Shown piece after piece: positions 18,457 through 27,198 of a stretch of 64,000 bases of DNA. The stretch's first letter is position 1. The number at the start of each line of letters is the position of its first letter. The notes beneath the pieces are model-generated. The model was given only the letters and a program-made list of their open reading frames with translations. It was not told the DNA's origin and did not search any database. The position numbers were made by a program, and so were the translations under genes. The stretch lies in assembly GCA_021816955.1 (NCBI GenBank), contig JAKAWP010000002.1:37-64036 (forward strand), given 5' to 3'. The DNA comes from Thermoplasmata archaeon. Its GTDB lineage: Archaea; Thermoplasmatota; Thermoplasmata; Lutacidiplasmatales; UBA184.

Positions 18457-19124
18457 GATGGGAGCTTCGGGGGTGCCCGGATGAGATCAGGACTCACGCG
18501 TTCCAGTCACGGAATCGCAGAGCTCGGAGGCCGGCTTCCAGAGGAGCTGCTCAGGGCATCAGCGGCCCGGGGAGCCCGAACACGTACCAAAGACGAAACA
18601 GAAGTCCCAGTGATACCTCCGAGGCGGACGATAATGGAATGCACCCTGCCGGAGCTCATTGGGCGCGGTCCACGACTGCGCCTGGATGAACCGGGGGCTT
18701 CCCTCCCATGCGAAGGAAGGCCGAGACGATTCCGAAGGCCGCCGCCTCCGGTGCCTCCTCCGTGAAAAGGTCGGTTGCAGGTAGACGCCCGAGTCGATCT
18801 TTCACGATGGCTCGGGCGACCCAAAGAGGCTGACCCCCCTGCTCGGGGCGGCCGTGATCGACCGCCGGTCTTCCGAAGGGGATGCCGGATCCACGTCGCA
18901 CCACCACGTGCGCACAGACGCAGAGACCGGCTTCGAGTCGATGCAACCGCCACTTCCGACGCACCGAACGTCGAGCCAACGATCCGAGGCGTGCGGAGCG
19001 ACGTTCGGGGGGCGACGACCAGGGCGAAGCAACACGACGGCGGGAAAGGCTCCCGGGACCGCGCCTCGTGGAGCGTTCAAGTGAGAGGCGATCGGGCTGC
19101 AACCGGGTTCCTCATTCCAACCCC

Positions 19125-19547
19125 TCAGACGCGCGCCCAGTCCAGACACACCAGTTCCCGGCTGATTCGACCAGCCCGGAGGTCAAAGACGTGGAGAAGG
19201 TGGAAGCGCACTCTCGTGCCCGGAGGCACGGGGACCAGCCCCTCCTTCGCGATCCGACAGGTGAGGATGCTTTCGTCCACCACCTTGTCACCCAATCCGA
19301 ACCGGCTTAGGTTTCGGAACTCGACGTCCTTCATGCAGGCCCATATGCTCCGGTACCGAGCGGCGACCGCCGGCTTTCCTCGGTGGCTCCCGAGCTTCGG
19401 GTCGCCGTGCGCTTCCCACAGGATATCGTCCGTGTAGAGTTCGAGAGCGCGGTCTACGTCTTCGGACGCTTCGCTGTGGAAGTGGGCTTCGACGGTCTTG
19501 AGATTCTCCTCGACCCCCTTCGCTGGCCCCGGCGTCAATCCCCCCAT
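19125..19547 (-). CDS. SnoaL-like / NTF2-fold protein (140 aa)
   Basis: 'NLKTVEAHFHSEASEDVDRALELYTDDILWE...VDESILTCRIAKEG...FHLLHVFDLRAGRISRELVCLDWA' is typical of the SnoaL/ketosteroid-isomerase-like fold. I chose the start MGGLTPG (ATG 19545-19547). Confidence 0.65.
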   Translation of the reverse strand: MGGLTPGPAKGVEENLKTVEAHFHSEASEDVDRALELYTDDILWEAHGDPKLGSHRGKPAVAARYRSIWACMKDVEFRNLSRFGLGDKVVDESILTCRIAKEGLVPVPPGTRVRFHLLHVFDLRAGRISRELVCLDWARV

Positions 19548-19563
19548 CCCCCGATCGAGTACC

Positions 19564-19590
19564 CTATATTTCCCGCATACAAAAAGAAAG
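19564..19590 (-). promoter_or_regulatory. A/T-rich promoter-like block (tttctttttgtatgcgggaaatatag) immediately upstream of the SnoaL-like gene
   Basis: On the minus strand, 'aaatatag' lies 17-24 nt and 'tttttgta' 31-38 nt upstream of the ATG. This is consistent with an archaeal TATA driving a leaderless or very short-leader mRNA. Confidence 0.35.
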
Positions 19591-20044
19591 GTGCGACGGG
19601 ACCCGGCCTCCCGAACCAGGTGGACCGACTCGCGAACCCGGTCGGCTCGGTCCCGGGGTAGGGGGCCCCCGGGGAGCCGGGTTCGCGTGACTTCCATCCA
19701 AAGCGCACGACCCGCGGCGGTCCCGCTCGTCCCTCCCGGTCGACTTCGTTGCGGGCTTCGCGCGGGGGAGGCGAAACCGAAGACTCCCGAACCGTTCTTC
19801 CGAGAAGGCTCGAAGCTGGGGCCCGCCCAAGAGATGCCAGATGGGGCCGCGTTCGGGACGCTGGTCGCCAAGTACGCTCTCACGATGCCCCGGGAACACA
19901 CTCCCGATCTGAGGCGAAGGTTCAACGTCCGCGGGTTCGGATGGTGTTCCTTAGCCACTCGACTTTTCGGCCCGACCGAAACCCGGTGACTCGACCCCTT
20001 CGAGCCGGTCCCCGTCCTGCCGCTTTGGGCGAGGGCACAGGTAT

Positions 20045-20551
20045 ATGCCGCACGAGCCCTTGCGTCATCCGATGAAGGCGCTCGACGCCAAGGCCGTCGA
20101 GTTACTGCACCTCGCCCCGGGCGAAGCCGTCCTCGGATCATGGGAGGGCCGGCATGTCTACTCGAGGATGAACGACGAGCTCGTGCTGACCACGGATCGA
20201 GTGGTCTTGCTGGTTCCGAACAGTCGGATCCACAAGAGCTGGGCGGTGACATTCGACACGCCGCTCGAGCAGTTCCAAGACCCGGCGGTGACACGGAGTT
20301 TCTCTCCCGCGTTGCCACGGGAACTCTGGGGCCGATACTTCATCGAAGTCGCGGGCCAGCGGGTCTACCTGGGCAAGCAAGCCGCCGTTGCGGTCGAGGC
20401 GATTGCCCGGGCTCGGACAGAACATAGGAACCGCCGGCAACTGCCGGAGCGGTCCCCCTCCCCGGTGTCGTGCACCCGATGCGGCGCCCCGGCGAGTTGG
20501 ATAGCGTCGTACAGCCGATGGTACTGTTTTGCTTGCCAGACCTATCTATAG
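20045..20551 (+). CDS. Hypothetical protein with C-terminal zinc ribbon (168 aa)
   Basis: Natural composition. The C-terminus is 'CTRCGAPASWIASYSRWYCFACQTYL' (CxxC...CxxC). The N-terminal part may be PH-like, but that is a guess. An alternative start is MKALDAK at 20072. Confidence 0.6.
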   Translation: MPHEPLRHPMKALDAKAVELLHLAPGEAVLGSWEGRHVYSRMNDELVLTTDRVVLLVPNSRIHKSWAVTFDTPLEQFQDPAVTRSFSPALPRELWGRYFIEVAGQRVYLGKQAAVAVEAIARARTEHRNRRQLPERSPSPVSCTRCGAPASWIASYSRWYCFACQTYL

Positions 20552-20846
20552 AAACCGGTTAGCAGGTACTCGACCCATATCGGCCCGGTCCCCGCGCTGG
20601 GATTTCGGGCCCAGCCCCGCCGGTCACGATTTGCGGTCTTGATTCGAGCGAAACGGTCCGGGTACTAAGGTTCGGGCCATTCTGAGCTTCACGAGTTCCC
20701 GACGCTCGCCCATCTCGCGACGAGCGATCGGGTGAGTCGAGCGACCGAACGGTTTGGTTGGCGTCTCCATGGCAGCGCCGCTCGCGGAGTCGGTTGTTTC
20801 GAGCTTGGTCCGAACGCTTATAGTCGGCGGACGACGGCGCCGTCCG

Positions 20847-21755
20847 TCAGTCGTCCCGGCGGCGCCGGGGCCTTCGATCCTCGTCGTCCTCGTTGTCGTT
20901 CCGCCGACGGTACGACGGCCGACCCCCGTACGACGCCCGCCGGCGCGGATCCCGGTCCGGTGGCCGTCCCCTTCCCCAGCCGGGTCGGCCCGAGGCGCCT
21001 CGATAGCGACCGTCGCGACGGAATCCTCCCGGGCTTCCCCTCCGATCACCGCGAGGAGGCAGCACGAACCGATTGCCGCACGACGAGCACTCGCCGGCCA
21101 CGGTTCCGTCGTTCTGCGTCGTGAACCGGAGCGGTCCGCCGCACGACCGGCACGGGCGGCTCACCGGAGCACCCCCGGGCCCTCGCCGCTCCAAACGATC
21201 GCGCGTCGGTCGGTCCCCCGACCATCGCGGCGGGGCTGACGGCTCGCCCTCCCCCTCGGGGAGGTAGGTCGTGTGGGCGCCGCAGGCGGGGCACGCCATC
21301 TCGAAGCCGCGGTCTGATCGTCGCAATTCGACAGTCTGTCCACAGGTCGGGCAGGCCCAATCGCTCGCTGCCGCCGGTGCCGAGGGGGCGTCCGTCGCCG
21401 TGGGCGTCGGTTCTCCCGGCGCCGGTCCGCGCACGATCGTGAAGTTGTTCCCGCACGCGGAGCAGCTACCGGTCCGGACGTGGGGCGCCACCTCGCGAAA
21501 TTCCGTCGGAGCACCGCACTCCGGACACGCTTGCCCCACGTCGCCTCGCCCGCCTACGGTCGTCGGGAGCTCATTAGCTGGCGCCTCGGGGGTCTTCGCG
21601 GGAAATTGCCGGGCGACCGCTTCTCCGGCATGCGCCGACCCGCTTGCCGGAACGGGGCGCGGGCCGCGATCAGGAGGCGCGGACGGGGACGGGCCCGGCT
21701 CCCTTCGGGGCGGCGGCCGGCTTCGGCCGCTGGATCCAGTGGACGACCGAGTCAA
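20847..21755 (-). CDS. Triple zinc-ribbon protein with RG/RGG-rich basic tail
   Basis: Three repeats of CxxCG-(12-16)-CxxCG: 'CPECGAPTEF..CSACGNNF', 'CPTCGQTVEL..CPACGAHT', 'CRSCGGPLRF..CSSCGNRF'. The tail reads 'RRDGRYRGASGRPGWGRGRPPDR...RRRNDNEDDEDRRPRRRRDD'. The start is uncertain, because the only ATG (21755) overlaps the upstream radical SAM gene by 86 nt. Confidence 0.55.
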   Translation of the reverse strand: MTRSSTGSSGRSRPPPRREPGPSPSAPPDRGPRPVPASGSAHAGEAVARQFPAKTPEAPANELPTTVGGRGDVGQACPECGAPTEFREVAPHVRTGSCSACGNNFTIVRGPAPGEPTPTATDAPSAPAAASDWACPTCGQTVELRRSDRGFEMACPACGAHTTYLPEGEGEPSAPPRWSGDRPTRDRLERRGPGGAPVSRPCRSCGGPLRFTTQNDGTVAGECSSCGNRFVLPPRGDRRGSPGGFRRDGRYRGASGRPGWGRGRPPDRDPRRRASYGGRPSYRRRNDNEDDEDRRPRRRRDD

Positions 21756-22728
21756 GGATCCGGTCCTTCACCATGGCGGGGCTCGCCCACGTGAAGAGCG
21801 ACGGCTCGAGATAGCAGGAGAGCGCGCAGCGGTTGCACGAGCGGTACGGTGCCCAGTCGATCGTCTGCCAGAGCTCGGCGACATCGGTCTCCCAGATCGT
21901 GCGCTCGCCGCCGTACTCGTTCAGGACGTAGCACGGGAGGACGATCTTCCCCGTCGGGTCGACGTTGATCGTGAGCCACGGCTTGCACTCCCACGGCGCT
22001 CCGCCATCGAACCAGGAGCGGAGGACGCTGTCGAAGTAGCCGCGAGAGTTCACGATCGGCGCGCCGCTCCCCTTCGCGGCGCGCAGCCGCTCGAGCGTCC
22101 GGCGAAGCGCCTCGCCGAAAGGGCTGAGCGCGCCGGCCGTCGAGTAGTCGAACGCGACCTGGTAGTTCACCCCGACCCCGAGGGACCGGGCGAGGTCGAG
22201 CACCCGGATCGCGTCGTCCAAGTTGTGGCGAGTGATCGTGAAGCTCATCGCCACGGGCAGCCGCTCCCGGGCCGCCTCGATGCCTTTCACCGCCCGATCG
22301 AACGATCCCGGGATCCCCCGGAGCCGGTCGTGGAGCGCGCCGATCCCGTCGATGGAGACGAACAAGAAGTCCAAATAGCGAGCGAACTCGTCGATCCGTC
22401 GAGCGAGCAAAAAGCCGTTCGTGACGACGGAGGTATGGAACCGGTCGTGCGCCTCCTTCACGATCGACGGGAGATCCGGCCGAAGGAGCGGCTCTCCCCC
22501 TTCAAATCCGAGAAACAGCACCCCGGCGTCGGCGAGGCGGCCGAACATCCGCCGCTCCTGCTCGAGGTTGAGCAGCTCTTCGTCGGGTCGGCGCCAGAAC
22601 GGGCACATGTCGCACTCGAGGTTGCAGCGGTAGAGCAGCTTGTGGCCGGCGATGAGGGGGAGCTTCGTTCCCTCGCGAAGCCGCAGTTGCCGCTGCATCC
22701 CCCGGCGAAGGACCGGCCAGACGGTCAT
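21670..22728 (-). CDS. Radical SAM domain protein with Cys-rich C-terminal region
   Basis: 'YRCNLECDMCPFW' (CxxxCxxC), 'FLGFEGGEPLL', a TIM-barrel-like middle region, and C-terminal 'CNRCALSCYLE'. Confidence 0.85.
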   Translation of the reverse strand: MTVWPVLRRGMQRQLRLREGTKLPLIAGHKLLYRCNLECDMCPFWRRPDEELLNLEQERRMFGRLADAGVLFLGFEGGEPLLRPDLPSIVKEAHDRFHTSVVTNGFLLARRIDEFARYLDFLFVSIDGIGALHDRLRGIPGSFDRAVKGIEAARERLPVAMSFTITRHNLDDAIRVLDLARSLGVGVNYQVAFDYSTAGALSPFGEALRRTLERLRAAKGSGAPIVNSRGYFDSVLRSWFDGGAPWECKPWLTINVDPTGKIVLPCYVLNEYGGERTIWETDVAELWQTIDWAPYRSCNRCALSCYLEPSLFTWASPAMVKDRILDSVVHWIQRPKPAAAPKGAGPVPVRAS

Positions 22729-23002
22729 CGGTCTCCCTTCCGCGCGGAAGCCTCCTCGCGGCGATGGGAAAGACCGTCAGGGATTCCGCTTTCCCGGACG
22801 TCGCGGAAGCGCTGATTCCGGTTCGCGCGCCCCCGACCCATACGAATCCCCGTCCTAGAGCGTACAGCGCGCTCCCGTATGAAACCCTGCGCGAGCGCTC
22901 GGGGCCGGCCCGCTCAGGCCGGTCGATTCGGAGGGGGCCGTCCGAGCGCTCCGGGCTCCGGATCAACTTTCCGACCGGACGGAACGCGCCGACCCTCCGT
23001 GG

Positions 23003-24340
23003 ATGGCGGTAAGTAGGCGCCGGTCTCCCCTCCGCTGCCGAGCGCCTGTGGTCGAGATCGAACCCGTCCGACTCTACTACCCGAATCCGAACGTCGTGCG
23101 CCCGGATGACGTCGTCTGCCCCGTGTACGACACGCTTTCGCGCGAGGAGCGGGCCCGGTACGCCCACCGGCCGTTCAACGCCGCGCGCTTCGTCACCCGG
23201 CCGGTCGACGTAACCGTCGAGGCGTTCGTCGCGGAGGCCCGGGCGGAGCTCGCGCGGGCGCTCGGGGCGGGAGCGTACCGCGCGGACGAGGCAGCGGGGC
23301 TCTACATCTACGGGCTCGAATACGAGGCCCCTCCCGAACTCGCCGAGACGTACGAGGCGAAGGAGCGCCGAGAGGCCTACCTCCTCCTCGGGCTGGTTGC
23401 CGCCGTCCGAATCGACTCTCCGACCAGCGAGAGCGTGGCGCCCCACGAGCGGACCTTCCCCGACCGGGTCGACGAGCGCGTTCGGCTCTTCCGGGCGACC
23501 GGCGTCCAGTTCGCACCGATCGTTGCGGGTTACTCGATGCCCGACCACGCCGTGAACGACCGCCTCGAATCGTACCTCGGAGTCGACCGCCGTCGGCTTC
23601 GCCTCCGATCGGTCCGACCCCCGCTCGTCTCCGCTCGGCTCGGCCGCGGTCGCCACTCGCTTTGGCGGATCGACGACCCGGAGCTGGCGGCCGATCTCCG
23701 GGCGACGATGCGGCGGACCCGCCTTCTCCTCCTCGACGGGCACCATCGCTACACCGCCGCGGTCCGCGGCGCGTCGCCCGACCGTCCGCGCTACCCGTTG
23801 GTGATGATGGTCGAGAGCCGGGACCGGGCGCTCCACCTGAGGCCGTGGCATCGCTGGGTAGGCCCGCACTCCCTGACCGATCGGCCGGTCCGGGGCGCCC
23901 CGATCGATCCGCTCTGGACATTAAGGGAACTGGCCGCGCCCACGACCGTGGAGTCGGCGCTCGCCTTGCAGGCGGAGATTCCGCGGGGGGAGCGGGCCGG
24001 GTTCGTGGCCTTCGACCGGCACCGCGCGCTCGTCGTGAGCGCGCCGCGCCACGGCGGCCCGCGCGACGACTACGAGATCCTCCACGGCTGGCTCGCGCAA
24101 TCGTGGCGGCTCGCCCCGATAAAGGCGGAACCGGTCCGCTCGCCGCGCGAAGCGTTCGAACGGGTCGCGCACGAGCAGGGAACGGCGTTCCTCCTCCCGC
24201 CGACGACCGTCGAGGCGATCGAGCGCCTCGCCTTCGACGAGCGCGGGACGATGGCGGAGAAGTCGACCTTGTTCTGGCCGAAGGTCGTCGACGGACTTCT
24301 GTTCGCCCCGGCACCCGACCGACCGCCCGCTGGCGCCTGA
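23003..24340 (+). CDS. DUF1015-family protein
   Basis: 'VCPVYDTLS', 'LLLDGHHRYTAA', and length and layout typical of DUF1015, from memory of the family consensus. The exact start is uncertain. Confidence 0.65.
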   Translation: MAVSRRRSPLRCRAPVVEIEPVRLYYPNPNVVRPDDVVCPVYDTLSREERARYAHRPFNAARFVTRPVDVTVEAFVAEARAELARALGAGAYRADEAAGLYIYGLEYEAPPELAETYEAKERREAYLLLGLVAAVRIDSPTSESVAPHERTFPDRVDERVRLFRATGVQFAPIVAGYSMPDHAVNDRLESYLGVDRRRLRLRSVRPPLVSARLGRGRHSLWRIDDPELAADLRATMRRTRLLLLDGHHRYTAAVRGASPDRPRYPLVMMVESRDRALHLRPWHRWVGPHSLTDRPVRGAPIDPLWTLRELAAPTTVESALALQAEIPRGERAGFVAFDRHRALVVSAPRHGGPRDDYEILHGWLAQSWRLAPIKAEPVRSPREAFERVAHEQGTAFLLPPTTVEAIERLAFDERGTMAEKSTLFWPKVVDGLLFAPAPDRPPAGA

Positions 24341-24436
24341 CGGCGACTCGGCGGGTCGGCGCTCACCGGCTCTCCGGCCCGTGGCCGGCTCGATCCACCG
24401 TTCCGGTCAAATAGACGGAGGTGATACGGCCGGCGC

Positions 24437-25462
24437 ATGCGCCCCTCCCCTCCCCCGGATCTCCTGTCGATCGCCGACCTCGGTCCCGACCTCGCGGCGA
24501 TCGTGCGCCGGGCGAGCGAGTGGAAGGCGGAACGCCGCCGGCGGCGGACGGCGGTCGCGCTCGCCGGCCGCACGCTCGCCCTCGTCTTCGAGAAATCGTC
24601 GACGCGCACCCGCGTCTCGTTCGAGGTCGCGATGTACGAGCTCGGCGGGCACGCGATCTTCTTGTCGAGCCGCGACCTTCAACTCGGCCGTGGCGAGACG
24701 ATCGCCGACACCGGCCGCGTCCTCTCCCGATACGTCGATGCGATCGCCTACCGCGCGATGCGGCACGACGACGAACGCGCGCTCGCCGCGGGCGCAACCG
24801 TCCCCGTGTTGAACGCCCTCGACGACCGCGAGCATCCGTTCCAGGTCGTCGCCGACCTGCTCACGCTCTACGAGGCGTGGGGCGGGCGGTTCGGCGGGCG
24901 GCGGCTCGCGTTCATCGGCGACGGCAACAACGTCTGCAACTCCCTCGCGCTCGGCGCCGCCCTCGTCGGACTCGACTTCGTCGCCGCGTCGCCGGCGGGC
25001 TACGCTTCGCCGCCCGAGGTCCAGCAGGAGGCGAAGCGGCTCGCCGCCGCAAGCGGAGCCCGGATCGAGTGGACGACGTCGCCCGAGGCGGCGGCGCGCG
25101 GCGCCGACGCGCTCTACACCGACGTCTGGGTCTCGATGGGCGACGAGGCCGAGACGGACGCTCGGATGCGCGCGTTCGATGGGTACCGGATCGACGCGGC
25201 GCTCCTCGCCCAGGCGGCCCCGCACGTTCGGGTCCTCCACGACCTTCCCGCGCACCGGGGACTCGAGATCACGGACGACGTGATCGACGGCCCGCAGTCG
25301 CTCGTCTGGGAGCAGGCCGAAAACCGCCTGCACGCCAACAAGGCCGTGCTCGAGTACTTCCTGGCTCCTCGCCTCGCGAGCCGCGGGCGGGCGGTTCCCC
25401 GACGGACCGGAATCGTTCGCCGCTCAGCCCCGCACCGGCGGCGTCGGCCGCGCGTTCGTTGA
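24437..25462 (+). CDS. argF: Ornithine carbamoyltransferase-like (aspartate/ornithine carbamoyltransferase family)
   Basis: 'SSTRTR', 'HPFQVVADLLT', 'DVWVSMG', 'LHDLPAHRGLEITDDVIDGPQSLVWEQAENRLHANKAVL'. Note HDLP where OTCases normally have HCLP. A ~30-aa Arg-rich tail overlaps the convergent gene. Confidence 0.8.
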   Translation: MRPSPPPDLLSIADLGPDLAAIVRRASEWKAERRRRRTAVALAGRTLALVFEKSSTRTRVSFEVAMYELGGHAIFLSSRDLQLGRGETIADTGRVLSRYVDAIAYRAMRHDDERALAAGATVPVLNALDDREHPFQVVADLLTLYEAWGGRFGGRRLAFIGDGNNVCNSLALGAALVGLDFVAASPAGYASPPEVQQEAKRLAAASGARIEWTTSPEAAARGADALYTDVWVSMGDEAETDARMRAFDGYRIDAALLAQAAPHVRVLHDLPAHRGLEITDDVIDGPQSLVWEQAENRLHANKAVLEYFLAPRLASRGRAVPRRTGIVRRSAPHRRRRPRVR

Positions 25463-26626
25463 ACGACCGGCCCCTTCGCCCGCTCCGAACGACGGCCAGA
25501 GGGGTCGCGGGTCCGGCAGGGACGCCGGCGGTTCGTATTCGGCGAGAGGTCTTCCGCGGATCCGGACGACCTTTCGGGCGACCGTCGCGCAGTAGCCGCA
25601 CGCGGCGCACGACGTGTGGAGGCAGTCGGTGGCCGCGACGCGGCGCAGGAAGCCCGCGGGGAAGGCGCCGTTGTCGATCTCGAGGGAAGCGAGGGCGTCG
25701 AACGCATCCGCCAGCGGACCGACGATCTTTGGGGCCACCCCGCGCTCGGCGAGCTGGCGCAGCGCCGCGCGCGGCGCACGGTTCTGCACGTAGCTCAGGA
25801 TATCGAGGAGGTTGCCGTCGTACCGACGGGCCGCGTACGCTCGGGCGACGCGCACGAGCCACGGCGTCGTCGCGTTGCGGCCCGAGATCTTGAACCGGTG
25901 CACGCCGATCTCCTCGTATACCTCGAGGTCTTCCGGACGGACGAAGATCCCCGAGACGAGCTGCCCGGGGTCCCGGACCAGCTCGAGCCCGCATTCGAGG
26001 AGCGGGAGCTCGAACCACGGCGGGTTCGCCGTATCGCGCTGCGAGGCCAGCGAACTCGTGTTGAGGTGGTGGAACCGGAACGGGCAATCATGGAGGCACG
26101 TCTGGTTGACGAGCAGTTCCACGCGCGCGCCGGCCCGGACGAGACCGCGGAGCAGCGGAAAGTCCCGATTCGCCTCCTCAATGACGACGGTGTCGGCGCC
26201 GAGACGCAGAAAGTACTCCGCTTGGGCGACCGTGCGGATCCGGGCGAACGTGGAAACGCTCAGTCCGACGTCCGGATAGTCCCGGTGGAGGCCCTCGAGG
26301 AGCGCCGGCACCGCAACGACGAACCCATCCACTCCCAAGTCGATGAGTCGATCGACCTCGCGCCGGAACTGAGGGGAGAAGTCCGCCGAGTACTCGCGCA
26401 GGCCGAGGTCGGAGCTGTTGAGGGTCGCGTAGAATTTCCGACCGGTCCGGTGCACCTCCGCGAGGTGCCGGCGGAAGCCGTCGGGATCGATCGCCGGCAG
26501 TATCCGGGGCGGCCGGCCCCCGCCAATGAGGCTGGTCGGAAAGTTGCCGAAAAACGTGCTGATCGGCAAGTCTCGGGTCTGTTCGACCAGGGCCGGGTCA
26601 AAGTTCGAGGCGAGGACAAGCTCCAT
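25424..26626 (-). CDS. Peptidase U32 family protein
   Basis: TIM-barrel-like U32 layout ('FYATLNS', 'VDGFVVAVPALL', 'LLVNQTCLHDCPFRFHH', 'HRFKISGR') and a C-terminal Cys cluster 'CLHTSCAACGYC'. I chose the start MELVLASNF (ATG 26624-26626). Confidence 0.7.
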   Translation of the reverse strand: MELVLASNFDPALVEQTRDLPISTFFGNFPTSLIGGGRPPRILPAIDPDGFRRHLAEVHRTGRKFYATLNSSDLGLREYSADFSPQFRREVDRLIDLGVDGFVVAVPALLEGLHRDYPDVGLSVSTFARIRTVAQAEYFLRLGADTVVIEEANRDFPLLRGLVRAGARVELLVNQTCLHDCPFRFHHLNTSSLASQRDTANPPWFELPLLECGLELVRDPGQLVSGIFVRPEDLEVYEEIGVHRFKISGRNATTPWLVRVARAYAARRYDGNLLDILSYVQNRAPRAALRQLAERGVAPKIVGPLADAFDALASLEIDNGAFPAGFLRRVAATDCLHTSCAACGYCATVARKVVRIRGRPLAEYEPPASLPDPRPLWPSFGAGEGAGRSTNARPTPPVRG

Positions 26627-26712
26627 CGGACGAGCAATGCACCACGGAACGTAGCCGACGGCCCGCACCGGTACGGGAGTACGGCCATTTTCCACCGTGC
26701 CCTTCGCGTCCG

Positions 26713-27042
26713 ATGACTCGGCCTTCCCCGTCCGTGGAAGCGTCGGTGCGTTCGCTGCGCGAGCGGATCGCCTTTGTCGACCACTTGTTGCTCGAAGGGT
26801 ACGCGGCGCGTCTGCGGCTCGTCGAAGAGCTATGGCTCGTCAAGCGTCGCCACGGGCTTCCGCTCGAGGACCCGAACCAAGAGGCGACGGTGCTCGCGCG
26901 CGCCCGCGCGTGGGCGACCGCGCACGGCCTCTCGGCGGTGGAGGTCGAGCGGTTCCAGCGATGGGTCATCGCGGCGTCGAAACGCTCCGCGGCCGCGGTC
27001 TTACCCCCGTGGGAAGACGCACCTCCCGTCGCGGTGGCATGA
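26713..27042 (+). CDS. Chorismate mutase, AroQ (type II) class
   Basis: 'LRERIAFVDHLLLEGYAARLRLVEELWLVKRRHGLPLEDPNQEATVLARA' matches the AroQ helical pattern (R..ID..D..L..L...R......K.......D..RE..V). Confidence 0.65.
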   Translation: MTRPSPSVEASVRSLRERIAFVDHLLLEGYAARLRLVEELWLVKRRHGLPLEDPNQEATVLARARAWATAHGLSAVEVERFQRWVIAASKRSAAAVLPPWEDAPPVAVA

Positions 27043-27198
27043 CCGCCGCGCTCCGCGCGCTGTCCCCGACGACGCCCGTCCCGGCCGGGTCGGCCCCGCA
27101 CCGGGGAAGGCGGAACGCAGCGGCCCGGCTCTCCCGTCGGGTGGGAGCAACGGTCTTAGCGGCCGTGGCCCGTCCGGCCGCCGAGGAACGGATCTCCG

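Noticed and set aside
19548-20044. Possible gene in the ~500-bp spacer between the SnoaL-like gene and the zinc-ribbon protein (163-aa plus-strand ORF and 111-aa minus-strand ORF)
   Set aside because: Both translations are mostly Arg/Pro/Ser-rich, with only short natural-looking patches. No start or SD context or motif supports either, so I treat the spacer as a divergent promoter region with unresolved content.
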